Below are positions 1 through 13,400 of a stretch of DNA of 64,000 nucleotides, in pieces. Source of the stretch: Curvularia clavata. Lineage: Eukaryota. The stretch's first letter is position 1; each line of letters starts with the position of its first letter. The DNA is taken from contig CP089278.1 in NCBI GenBank assembly GCA_023920165.1, forward strand, positions 2,294,001-2,358,000, in the 5' to 3' direction. Below the pieces are notes generated by a model. That model was not told where the DNA came from. It ran no database searches and saw only the letters and a program-made list of their open reading frames with translations. The position numbers were made by a program, and so were the translations under genes.

Positions 1-670
1 TCCATACATGTCGAGGGGCTTAGGGAAGTCATTGCGCCGGGTGGTGATTTGAGTGATGGCGTCTGCATCAGCGACATTGACGGTGAGTGTATAGGGAGCA
101 GCAGAGATGAAGACGTCCTTTCCCACCCGCTTGAAGGGTTCGTGTCCAACCATGTAGCCCCACTCTGGCTGCATGACCCTGCAAGACATTGATTAAAAAC
201 GCGAAGTCTAGCATCCATTGTGCATACATACTCTATCCAAAGACCCTGGAGGCGGCGTGGGAGAAACGTTCGCAGCAGCGGGGTCCATAGCTTGTACGTG
301 GCCAGCCAAAAACGATTGTAAACATTCCAAGGACAGACTACGACGGGCAGTCCCGAGCTCTTGGCCAGGGCGACGTTGCGCTGAAGGTGGTGATATCTAC
401 AAGCAAGTTGGTAGATGGCGTAGGCTGCGATGGCACTCAAAACTAGGGTGGCAACGGCCATGGTGTGCAGATTGTAGGACAATGGGCTAGGCTATGCTAT
501 GCTATACTGGAAAGACACGGGGACAACGATATTATGGGGGGTTTGGTGTTTACAGCTTGGGTGACTGTCGTTGTCGAGAGGGGAGAGGAGACGTGACGTC
601 GACACTTTGGCGCTACTGGTTTGCCTCAATTGGTGTTTCAGCGGCTCGGTAGTAAGTGCAGAGCGGAGGG

Positions 671-692
671 GCATCAGCATCAGCATCAGCAT
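671..692. repeat. (GCATCA)n microsatellite
   Basis: gcatcagcatcagcatcagcat. Confidence 0.8.
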
Positions 693-3600
693 GTGCATGT
701 CGCGTAGATGCATCTGCCAAATGAGGCGGATGGAGACATGTGCTGATAGGCGAGACAAACAAAGAAAAAAGCATTTTGCGTGGACAATAGTAGTAAGTAA
801 TTGGGGCCTTTGTGTAACAGCTGGTGGACCAGGTACGCGTCTTGGCAAAAGAAGACTTGGGATTAGCCGCCACCTGCATGCCGATCACTGGTTCACGGCA
901 ACCTGCTGTGCCACCCACTGATACATACTGACAACACAGCAATTCTGGTGATTCTGCATGGCCGCGAGGGGGCGCGACAGATGGCAGGGCAGCTCCGCTT
1001 GCATGCAGAGTTTGCCCTCTCGTACGACACCCCTGGCACCATGCTCCGTGGAGACAGACACTGCGCAGGGACTGCGCATGCCGCCCGGTGAACAGCAACG
1101 AGACAAAGGGCGGATGGTTTACATTTATATCGTCAGTTTGTACGTCACAAACCAGCCTCCTGCCGTGTTATTGGCCTCGGTGCTCCCAAGGCCAGCTCCA
1201 AGGACCAGAGCGGCCACGGTACGACTCACGCTCCACCGTGTCGTGCCGCTGTGCTGTAACGCTGGACTTTACAAGCAGTTACATGCCTTGAACTGCAGGC
1301 CGGGGCATGTCATTTAGAGGCGGCACGCAGGCGCGAATCGTGGCCCCGAGGCGCAAAATTTGTCGACGATCTTCTTGGACTGGTCAAGAGGCACGATATT
1401 TTGATACAACCGCGTCAGAGAGCAGCGCGACTACTACACCGACTCGATGGCAATTGTCGGGCGACTTTGACTCGTCAGGACGCCGTCTAGCGATTCTCAC
1501 GGGCTGACTGGACGCCTCGAGCTTTCCACGTGGAGAAGCTACGGCCACCAGGATGACGAGGCCAGGGTTCCCGCGAGGGTTGCATGCTGACCTTGCTTGG
1601 ACCGGCTCGGTTGTGGGAGTCGTTTATCGGACCTGACTGTGCAAAGCAGCACTCGTTGCGGTTGAGGCAGACCGCAACTTGGCGTAGCGTCGGTAGGGAC
1701 AGGGCCGGCCAGAGTCGGCTGGTCATCTGACAAGCTGGCTCCATGGCTAACGATTGTGACGGGCTTAGCAGCACCGGCCACAGCGGTTTAGGATTAATGT
1801 CTTCTGGGCAGCTGACCATGGCGAGTTACAGCACCGTCCAGGCGAGCCTGTGGCCAGAGGACAGTACCGTCTCTGCCTCCCACAGACTTCCCGCCATGCT
1901 AGGGTGGCTGGCCGGCGGCGGCACCGCAGCGCGGAGCGGAACCAACGTCGTCTATGGAGGGGCACAGTCGACACCGCCGTGATAATCCTGGCCTGCCTTG
2001 ACCGAGCCGGCTGCGAGCTGTTCCTGACGCCATTCTGGCGGTCGCCTCGTACGGCGCGCTAATCTCAAGGATTTTCCCGAGTCTGTCTTGCCTTGGTGAA
2101 ACTAATCTTGATGCTCCAGGCCTAGAGCCGCGTTTTCCTTACTGCACAAGGCGGACGAATGGGTAGTGCAGGGAGTATACGCACCATCTGCCCATGTGCC
2201 ACCAAGGACTGCCCATAGGGGTTTCGCCAGGATCCGCAACCCGCCAGTGCAGATCTTTGGGCAGCAGAGCAGCAGCGACAGTCGGCTATGGACGAGACGC
2301 CTAGGGCTTGGAGGCGGTACGCAACGAGCTGCGAACCAGGCACGACGGACGCGGCAGTGACCACCATACCGTACTCATAGTTTGGCAGCATAGAGGCAAA
2401 AGAAGACACGGCAGAGCACTTGCCAGGACGCCACCTGTAGCGCATCACTTCCACGAGTCTTCTCGAATGCCCTGGTGCCGCAGCAGAGTGGAGGCTGGGA
2501 GGACTAGGCATCTTGGACTAGTGGCCTCGACGAGCTCGGATCAGCTTCCTGAATCTCAGAAGCCAGCAATTGGGCGGAAATTGTCCGATTCAAGGACCTC
2601 ATGACAGGCCTGCTTCAAGCTGCACCAGGGTCGCTGCGGAGAGCAAGTATTGCTGCTGCTGGGGCGGAGAAGCGCGCAAGCCGCTCGAAACAATGTCTCC
2701 AAGGGCCGCCACATGGGCCGGGGCTGGCAGACGCGACTGTGCACATATACACGTCCATGCAGTTACAAAACAGTCGGGCTCTGGTGGGATGCGGATGCCT
2801 GGCTGCGCGGTTACAGTGGGCGGGAGGGACGTTTGCTGTCTGCAGCGGCAATCCTTCCTGGGGGGAGGGGGGAGGGGGGCGACGGCAGCGCCGCCATGTT
2901 TGATGGAGAATTGGTGCTGCTCGGCCGCCCTGGAGCATCCGTCCATTCATGGTTTGGCAGCACACACACACACACGCTCACATAGCACGTCTGGTGGGCC
3001 CCGGCCTCAACCCTGCGGGCTGGGCTTGCACAAGCGAAGCTGCAGATGGTCGCTGATGTCTCTGACCGTCCTTTGCTGCACGCTGCCCGCGCATTGCCTT
3101 GCGCTAATCGGCCGTCTTCACCATCACCCACGACCGCCACCCCATGTGGCCTTAACCTTGGTATCGTCGTGTCGTCGACTGCCCTTCCCCGCCCCTCCCC
3201 CCCTTCACTCACCTGCGCGCATCGCCCACCAGCGTCATCACAGTCCTCGTCTTCTCTCCATCATCCACACCCTCGTCGTGCGCTCGCGGCGTGTGCCTGA
3301 GCCAGCATTGGGCCCGCCTCCCGCGCCCCGTCGCATCGCGCCCTGGAGCTGTTCCTTTTTGCGACTGATGTGGTTTCGCGCCTTTTCTGATTGCGCCCTG
3401 GCCCCTTCGTTCGCACGGCCCGTCTTAAAAGCGCCACTTTTCGCCGACTGAGCGACAAACGTCCTAGCATTGACCTCGCGCGATTCATTCATTTCGCCTT
3501 TACCTGCTTCGGATAGTTGTCTCCGGCTCCATGGTAAGGTCGTCCTGCCCAAGACTAGGTCCTTTCTTCGCGCACGCGGCATAGGAAAGCTCCCGTCCTG

Positions 3601-3911
3601 CATCCCACTCTGGTCTCCGAGCACTTGCCCTGCGACGCTCTCCAAACTCTTCCCCTCTTCAGTGCGATGACGCGGGTTGGGCTGTCATCTGCAAATCACG
3701 ACTGACCAACCATCTTGCTGCCTTTTTGGTGAATTGGTCCCCTTCCGGCCCTGCGACTGCCGAGGCCGCTGCTCTCCACCAGCTGCACCCCCCGCGACCT
3801 TCCTCCCTGGCTTTTGCCGTTTGGTGGTCCTGGAACCATCCGTTGTGCCCAGTAGTGCTCTGTCATACATAGCCGCATGGCCATAGCGGATCTTGTCTGG
3901 CATATGTAAGG

Positions 3912-6900
3912 ATGGCTGATCCTGACGCGCCCGCCCACTCTAAGAGAGCTCGTTTGGGCTCCAGCAATCTTGAGTATAACGGCCACGGATTTCCACCCCC
4001 TCCTCCACCGCCTCATACCCAACCTACTCGGCCTCCGACACATCCCACCTTGGCCCAGGCTTCTCCGACCTACACTACCTCTTCTCACCAGTACACCGCT
4101 CACCCCCAAGGTTACCCAGGCCCGCTACCCTCGCCGTCGTTGCCACCCTCTGACATCCGCGCCCTTGCGGACCCGCGTAACATACCTTCTCCTCGGCAGC
4201 ATCCCAATGGCGTCACGGGGGCCTCTTCTGTGACGATCCCTCAGGACCGCATCTCCACCTACCGTCCTTCACAGACGCCCCAGTCAGCATCCGCTCCAGA
4301 GCCTCACAGTTCACGGTCGACAAGCCTCAGCATCAGCGTCGACGTCAAGCCCCAACCTCAGCCCCAGCCTCAACCACAGGCCCAACCTCAACCCCAAGCA
4401 CCCATGGAGCATGGAGGCCATCACCCTTCGTGGCCGCCGATGAACCCGGAGCATCGGCCAAACGGCAACATGGCGAATGGCTATAGCCATGCCATGAGTC
4501 CCTCACACCCCAATGGACCGCCGCCATACCACGCGCAACCGCCACCACCTACCCAGCAGTACCCCCAGCCAGTGACGCCTTACGCGCCTACGCCCTACAT
4601 GAACGATTATGGTGCAACACAACAAATACGAAGGAAGCAGGTCCGAGCCACCCAGGCGTGTAACCACTGCCGCTCGCGAAAGCAGAAGTGTGACGAAGCC
4701 CGGCCCTGTCAATTTTGTAGAGAGAACAACTTTGACTGTCAGTACAAAGATGTTCCGCCACCCAAGTGCGTCCGCCTCCGCTTATTGTTTTGGTCTTCCT
4801 TTCCACTGACGCTCCCCTAGGCAAGATCGAAGCATGATGCAGCTTCAAGAGAGCGTCAACAATATATCAGAAGTCCTCTCACATTTTGTGGACCAGTTTA
4901 ACACGTGGAAACAAGGCGTGGAAAGCAGGCTGCCACAGACGATGTCCAATCACGCTTCGCCTGAGGCCTCTTTTTCCGCGCCGAAGCTTGATCAGAGCGC
5001 ATCCAGATGGCCCACGCCTGTCCAAGGAAGGGGCCAGATGGCTCGCGTGAACAACCTCAAAATGGAATCCCCAGTGGTTGCCCATTCGAGCACATTGTCG
5101 CCTCTAGGTACTCATGCGTCCGCTCCAATCAAGCAAGAATCGCAGTTTGCACCACCTCCACAGCAACCCGCAACACCTGCCGAAAGCGTGCGGACCGATC
5201 GCAGCCATGCCACCGAGACGGGCCCCAAGGAACAGACGGGCCTACAAGGAGATCACACCACCCCTGCACACAAGCTTTTGGACGAGTGGTCGCAAATGAA
5301 CATCTTCTATCAAGGCATTCCTTATTTGAAACGACTGATCGATAATGGCCGCGAAGTGTCGGACTACCCGATGCAGTTGGAGCAGGATCGCGGGCTGCTG
5401 CGCGTTTGGGGCGTTGGCGAGGGCCAAGACCTAAACGACGGCGCCCAAGGGCCCGGTAGCCCCGAGAGCAGCAACGATTCTGACGCAGCCTCTCCAGCAC
5501 CAGGCAAAGATGGTCTGTGGGGTCACCCACCTTATGATCACCAAAGTCCTTGTGAACCTAGTAGCACACCGCGCGAAAGCTACCAGAGCGGCCTTGGTCC
5601 AGATGGCCGTCCGGACTTCCGTCGTCATGTCATGTTCGAGCTGCTCAAGTCGTACATGGACAGCATGCACATGTTCCACCCGTTTATCAACGAAGTCAAG
5701 CTGAAGCGCATGTTCAGAGAGTTCAGCGACCAATACAGCCCAGAATCGCGCGGCACAGGCGTCCGATCGCCTGCTGTCAACGGAGTGCATCAGCTCAACC
5801 CTGGCATCAAGCGAAAGCGCTCAGCCAGCGGCTTGGATGGTCTCCCATCGGCCAGAGGAGAGATTGAGCGTTCACTGCGCAACGCTATCGTTCTCCTTGT
5901 CCTTGCTCTTGGCAAGGTTTGCTCCTACACAGACCCATTGCCTGCACCACAAAACGACCGGAATCCTTATATCCACTCCGAATATGGATACATTCGCAAT
6001 TCTCCGAATGCCAATGGCAGTTTTGCCAGCGAGACATCTGAAGATAGCCGTCCGCGAAACATTGACATCCTCCCTGGCATGGCTTACTACGCGTACGCCA
6101 CGGACATCCTTGGAAACCAACAAGGAGGAAACACAACTGCTCACGCGCAAGCCATGCTTCTAGCTGCGCTCTACCTAAGTCAGTTTGCACGGGTATTGGA
6201 GAGTTGGAGTTGGATCAACAATGCATGCCGAATCGCTCTAGTTCTCATCAAGGCCGACTATTCTAAGCTTCTTCGTGTCAACAACGAGAAGAGACAATAC
6301 TGGAGTCCCAAGGAACGATATCGGTTGAACCTAGTCATGTGCGTTTACTGGACAGCGCTGCAGCTCGAATCGTAAGTGGATTTACTCTCCAACACTTTAG
6401 GATTCCAGCACTTGCTAACAAGGTCCTAGCGATATCCTCGCAGAAATGAGCAATCTACCACCCTCCGGCATCTCAGCCCATCAAAGTGACATTATGTACC
6501 CCGAGGGTGTTAACGAAACCTGGCTTCAAGAAGACAGCAGCTCTGCGCAACCAGAAGATATAACGTCGGGCCCACGAAACGATTTGATGATGAAGCTCTA
6601 CTCGACGCAAACGTTCTTGCGGGTTATTCTAAACGTAGCGCACAACGCACTTTACGGACCCAGCGGACGAATGAGCTTTGACCCCACCAATGTCAAGGAA
6701 GTGGCTTACCACGCACTCACACATGTAGGCGTGCTGGAAAACTGGAGAAAACTTCTCTCGCCCGAGCTTGCATGGTCCGATGACGAGTATCCCTCAACCG
6801 ACCTAAATATTGCTCGTGTGCGCGCCAAGTACTATGGTGGTCTCTACATGATGCTGCGACCCTACCTGAAGCTCGCGAGTCATGTGTTGGAGTTCCCGCC

Positions 6901-7434
6901 CCCACCTCCAGGCAGCACGGGCGCCTCTCAGCACAGCTCGCCATCGCCATACGGGCAGCCCCTTACCAACAGGAACGTGCAGATGGTCGAGTTGAGCGAG
7001 GACCAACAAAAGATTATCAAAGTCGCCTGTCAATGTATCAACAGCGCGATTCACAGCACAATCGCGTTCGATCGTGTGGGCGAGGAGCCTGGTAGCAACT
7101 ACCAGTACTTTACTCCAACACGTAAGAAGAGGCTTGTGGTGACTAACATTTTTGGTACACTTCATGCGTAAGTGGTTTTGCCCCTTTGTCACTTTTGTCA
7201 ATGAGTCGACTAACACAACATAGGCAATTCGGCAACATGCTTGTGCTGGCTTCGGTGTACAAGTCCAAACTCTACCCTCTCCTACCAAGCGATACCTGGC
7301 TTACAAAGTCCACTCTCTCGGCCTTGTTCAAGCGAACCATCAATGTGATTGAGGATGTTGCGCCGAACTCACCCATTCTGCGCATGGACCTCGAGATCCT
7401 CAGGAATGTTCAGCGGCAACAGGGTCTAGAGTGA
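3912..7434 (+). CDS. Zn(II)2Cys6 fungal transcription factor, 4 exons (3912-4765, 4821-6371, 6430-7167, 7224-7434)
   Basis: C6 cluster ACNHCRSRKQKCDEARPCQFCRENNFDCQY follows a Pro/Gln-rich N-terminus; fungal TF middle region (AYATDILG, VYWTALQLESDILAE). Introns 4766-4820, 6372-6429 and 7168-7223 are GT..AG with branch points and join the ORFs in frame. Resembles the SclB/ADA-6 type from memory; not certain enough to give a symbol. Confidence 0.93.
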
Positions 7435-10400
7435 TGTCAGGTGGAAAGCAAAAAAGCAAAACATGGTGGCGGTCTCTGAACCTGCTCCCAGATTCGATAT
7501 CCTGCCGTATGGAGCGATACCCGCATGCGCTGACGCATGTGTGCACACCCTCCCCTTTCCCGACTTTGTCGCCATCCGTCACGGGCGATCTGGTCCGATA
7601 CAGATCTGGGATTGTGCATAATGACTTGCATATTTTGGCCCTGGCGCACTGCTTTCTGTTATTATTTTTTTCTTTGGATTCTTTTGTTTTTTTTCCTTGA
7701 TATTCCCCATCACCGACGGCCATCATTGTATATGTAACCATACGTACGAGCACGTAGTAAGGACACCATCATCATTATCATCATCATTGGGTGGCTAGCG
7801 CTGAAAGAAGACTTATGCAACTTGTAGTCATTTATATCCATCTATGTATTGGTCCAGGAATCAATCATTTATTTTGCGTTATTACAAGGGCTGGGTGGAT
7901 GGTTTGTCTTGGAACGTTGAAAGTAACCCTAACATGTTGTCTATTTTTATTTTTATTTTTCCAAGCCCTGGATTTCTGTTGCCACTCGCAAGCTTCTCAG
8001 GAGAAGGATTGTCAACTGCTGAGGTGGGTATACTGCGAAGATTGGACAGTATGGCATTTTGCAGTTCTCTCACCGATCAGACTAGACGGGGGGGGTGTGC
8101 AGTTGCAGCGAGATGTGGGGTCTAGATCTACGCGTGAGCTGGATAAACAACGAGGCACGGGGCTGGCGAAGCCCTAGGCATTGGTCTGATTCGACAAGAC
8201 GATGTCCCAATCGACGGCATAGGTGCTGTAAGATGTCGCGACTTTGGCCGTGCTATTCACCGATTCGGTCTTTGCGATTTCTCCTTCGACCTATGTATAT
8301 ATGTATGCACAAGTGCTTTTTGTTGGATCTCGAAGGACCCTCACACACCGTTCACGCACTCGGCGGCCACGCAATGGTTAGTGGAGGCGGCAGACTTCTC
8401 CGCCTTTTGTCTCATCCAGCCGTTGCCGCCTGGGGCTGTGGTGTTTTCTTTTGGTTGTGGCTCCTGTGTAGGTACATGGGCGCCTGTGCCCGTGGTTGCG
8501 CAGGTCCCATGTTGGTGGACGCATAAGCGGGCCTGTACTCGGCCGAATTGCCTGGTGGCGTCTGACGGAACGGCCAAGTGCGGTAATCCCTCCCGACCAC
8601 AGGGCTGGGCATTCGTGTGTAGCTGGCTTTTGATGTTTTCCCACTGTGCCTTCACCAGCGCCTCAGCCGTTTCGCTCCCTGTGATTTCTTCCTTCGTTTT
8701 TTCTTCCTCGTCTGCACGCGACACGGCACATGATGCAACGACGCCCAAATACGGTGCCGATTACCCGGATAGCCCAAAAGTCTATCGGGCGAGGCGTTGT
8801 ACACTGTTGAGTCGTGCCTTTTGGCACTAATGTAACGTAACAAGATGACTATGATTACGCACTAATCTCACGATGCAATATCTCCTTGATCGGTGTAGCT
8901 GGGGCATACTACACCTTGGCTGCTGCAAACGCCCACCTGCCTTATCGCGCGCCGCATGTATACACTCATCCTTGTTGCATTTTTCTCGACGTTTTTTTTT
9001 CTTGTTTACTTTTGCCTTTGACTCCTGTTCTTCTACACGGGCAATACGGGGCGACGGGGCAAAGGAAGGTGGTGGCGGAGCCTCTCCCCGCAAAGGGTTT
9101 GCCCCAAGTGTTTGGTGTACATGACAAATCAAACGTGCCCTTTTGCTGGCAGAAAAGCAAAAAAAGCAAATTGAACAATAGCAATCTACCAACTGCCTTG
9201 CCGCTTTTTGCCGCACGTGTCTACTGCCAAATAATACGTAGCATACAAACTCGTCATTGGTACGTACTTCACACCAAAAGGGTCCCTCGGCGTACCCATG
9301 GTTTGCTAGATGCGCAACACACACACCCCTGTATGCAAAGGGCTTTGGTGTTCGTTTTGGTCATGAACCTTTTTTTTCTTGTATAGTGCACATGCTGGTG
9401 TCACCTCGCAAGTCACTAATAGAGCCACCGGAATCGCGACTCGACATGTGCGACTCGAGAGAAAGATTGTAGGGCTTAGCGACTGCAGCGGCCAATTAGG
9501 TACTCGCATCTCTGTTCCACGGCGCTGGTCCATCGTATTCCGCCGGAGATTTCCCCGCTCAATCGCCAAGCCGCTCCAATTCGTCGTCTGCCCTCCATTT
9601 CCACCCTCCGTCTCTCCACACCCACCCACCCCTTGAGTAACCGTACTAACTGGCCCGACTGCTTTTAGCGACTCTTAGCCACGCATGGAAGCGTCAAACT
9701 ACACACAAGCCCACGCTCTATCATTCACACCGCAAAAGTGTCAGCCGCGGCTGGCGGTCTATCCCGCCTATCCATTCCTCCTGTCAGCCAGCGTCGTCTA
9801 AACCGCCGCGAACCGTAGCCGTTTCGGTATGCCGAGCCCCACTCATCTCCAACCGAAGCGAGCACCCATACAAGCACGTATAACCCTGCCAACTGAGTTG
9901 GCAAGGTCGAATCAGGTCCCATCTCCATCCAAACACAGCGACGCGTACATTGTATCTAAGAATGTGCGCACCAAGCCGCAACCAGACATCGAACCAGGTG
10001 GCAATTGCCGCCGAGTCTGGTCGGCCAGTTTCTGACAGCCAGCTCTTGTGCCTGGGAGGGCTAGCCGGGCCTCCCGCCGACCCCAGCTAATTCGCAGCGT
10101 TGCGCAAAACCGAATCTTCCGGTCAATGCAACCACAGCGCTGGACCCTGGAAAAGTGATGACATTTACCACTATTGAAACGCGGGTGTTCTTCGCCAACG
10201 CGTGACGTCTTCGCGGCCAATGCTCGCTCAATAGGGCGGGGCTGGGGCTCCCCAAAAGCTTCGTTCAGCATATGGCAAATCCAGTCGTACGACTAGTAGC
10301 GATTCAGCAGGCCGCATGGTCTCGCTGGTGACCTGTTCGAACAAAGTCATCTGCACCATACAGAGTTCGGAGTATTAAAACCGTCAGCCGTGGATTACTC

Positions 10401-13400
10401 CGAGTTAGGCCTCGTCGGATGAGGGCGCGCAGAGTTGCTTGCGTAGATCATACTTGGGGGGGGAGGGGGGGTTGAGGTCGGAGATCTGACGCCGAGATAA
10501 GGGAGATGGCGTCGTCCTCGCTTTCGCAAAAACATGCCATTTTACCTGACACCCTGACTCGACTCGCCTGCAAGAGCACCTATTCGGGTTGATCATGTCA
10601 CAAAGACTTTGCAAAACGAGCCTTGCGGGCGTAAGTAGTACAGCCGATGGCGCATCACGGAAGTCAGTTCCTTCCAATCCTCAATCTGATAAATACGAAT
10701 TACAATCCAACCACGCGCTAACCGCAGCAACCTTAAAAAACGAACGGCAAACGTTGGGCATCGTTCAAACATGTGCTTGGATATTGACGGGAAGGAGCAC
10801 GTACTGTGATTCAGACATTCCGGAGTCTTCTCCGCAGATGTTCGTGAGCTTCCTCCCCTGCTGAGCACACGGAACGGCGATCAATTCTGGGCCCCTTTGA
10901 CAGAAGACGCCGACTTGGGACTGTCTTCTCTGAATAATTGGTCAGTAACCTGGAAACTCGGATGCGCTTATGAACATCATGAGCATGTCATCATGTAAAT
11001 TCACAGCTATGGATGGCCCGCTAAGCTGGAAACGATGACTTGCGCATTCAACCTTGCTCCGTAGTATTATTGTCCAACGCGCGTTACGCATCCATATCCT
11101 TTCTTTGGCAACAAAGTGGATATGGGCATTACTCGAGAGGTTTTTTTCCTTTTGCTAACTCGTTCGCTTCGTGTTGGCGACGCCGAGGTGGTTTCATAGC
11201 CGCCTGGCCTTGTCTTGAATTACGGCAGTTCGTAGCCTCGGGACTTGTTCGCTCCCGTCATTGCATGTTGTGGCACCTGCAGTTGTACAGCAAAAACCGG
11301 GGGGAACAATATATTGCGGCAACCCAACAGAATCCCCAACTGTGATCTCCAACACGTCTAGAAGTCTTCGGTCGACGGGAGCCGATGCGCTCCGACGACC
11401 GAAAGACAGAGTTTTAGATATATATGGATATATCAACGTCTGAAAGCTTAATTCGGGGAAAGTGAGGCGCGAAGCGTGTTGGCCGTTGATGCGCCCACCA
11501 ATATTACTTCGTACCATTGCTCGGGTAGACCGCCTCATACGCACGCGGCGTATAGTGAATGATTGTCTAGACCCAGCCATCACCACACCTTTCACACTCA
11601 TCACACTGGATATTTTGTATGCAGTCACAATCACGTAGTTCTCCATCGAATAGCGTCGAGAGAAACTCGCCCCAGCCTTGACCCAAGCTAAGCAAATCAG
11701 CCTGCGCAAACACATCCTGCGGTCTTCCGCGCGTTCCCCCGTCCTCGCCAATCGAGCGTTTACTTACTACTACCTGCTCTTCCCATTTCCCCCCTCACCG
11801 ATCACTCAGGTGTGTCGCATCGGCTATAGGCACCTCCCGCACACACACATACTCATATCACACACACACGCACAAAAGACAAAACAACGCATTGTGAATG
11901 TAGCAGCTACAGCCGAGATTACGACAGGCATGGGGCTAAGATCTAAGCCCCCCGTCACCTCCCCCCGCAACGAGGTCTGAGAGACAGATAGAGTGACAGG
12001 ATGTATGTCGATATCCGTCTATGCGTATGTGCATTTGTATAGTAGTGTGCATCTAAGATTGAATATTAACTCGGGATTTCTATACTGCATGGAGGTTTAT
12101 TGGAGACGTGTCTCAGTAAAAAAAAAAAAGAGGTCGGGCCTATTATTTTCTACGATATCTTATCTGTGACCGCTTCTTGCATGCAGCACTCTGGCTCGGT
12201 CGTCCGGTTCTATGGTCGCCGACGACCTGTACAGCACTCGTCATGTCAACTAACTGGGGTATCGTTGGGGTTGGCAAAGGGAAGGGGGGAGGGGATATGC
12301 CTGGTTCTGTATCAGCGTGTGTCTGTGTGTGGTTGGTGCTTATCGTGCCCTCCTGGCATATGATTGGAGTAAGACAAGGCGAGGGAGGGGGGAGGGTTAT
12401 GAGAAAGGGTGCTTTGGTAACTTCGGACGTTGAAACTATGATGGCTTCAAGGAGCTAGGGTGCTTGTGATATGAGATTGGATTTGGAGCAAAAAGAATAT
12501 TCTGAGCATGTTCTTTACAACGCGTGCGCCTAACTCCGTCTGTGCTTGTCCTACTCCAAATGCGCTTTTCGCGTCATAATCCCTATTTCACCCACTTGAC
12601 CCTAGTCAGGGCATGGGTTAGGGGGTGGTGTCAAAACTCCAACGCACAACCGAAAGCCATCACTATTTGCCTGACGAGTCGGGCCGGTAGCGGTTGTCGC
12701 AACCAGCGTCCGATAGGATCGATATTCCACAAGGATGATACATTCGGCCCTTTATGTAGCCGAAGGTCGGGACCATCGTCGTGTTCGTTCGGCACATCTC
12801 CACAACCATCGAACGCGGAGGTAATTGACTTTGTACAAGGGAGAGAGAAACCAGAATCTCGAATTGATCACAGCATGGTCAGCTTGGTTGACAGCAATGT
12901 ATTAGGCAAGTGTGGTCTAATCAAGGTCTCTTGTTCTCTTTTTCCTGCTAAAGCAACCCTTGTTACATGCAACCCGCGTCTCTCCGCAACCATGCTGGCT
13001 CGGAGATGTTCCTATATGTCCACCAATCTATCGTGGTTTCGGATCGGACTTGGTTCCAGTCAGTCCAGTCTGTAAACGCGTTGCCACGTGAAAGAAAGAG
13101 TCCTTGTTCTCGCCTTTCCTGATCACTCATCACCATCATCGGCCCTTTCGTCTCGTCGATACGTAGACCGCCTATATTCCGGAGCACCGGAGTGTGCCAT
13201 CACCGGACTTTGTTCGTGTAAGCAAACTGGTTCTTTGCCCCACAGAACGAGACGTTGTATGTCATGGGGATCGCTGGAAGCACTGAGCAAAATAATGCCT
13301 GTTAAATTCATGTACGTATGTATGTATGTAAGCTTGCGTTTACGACATGGTGGAGTCGCGTCAGACGTTAAAAGACCCCACTTCTGTTTGATGCACACAG

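Noticed and set aside
2570..3451. 293-aa ORF upstream of the C6 TF
   Set aside because: Non-ATG start, no domain, and Cys/Arg/Pro-rich composition crossing microsatellites; typical of a GC-rich leader.
8341..8748. Minus-strand ORF with a protein-like stretch (EEEKTKEEITGSETAEALVKAQWENIK)
   Set aside because: Non-ATG start, no recognisable family and no convincing splice partners; cannot be supported without a search.
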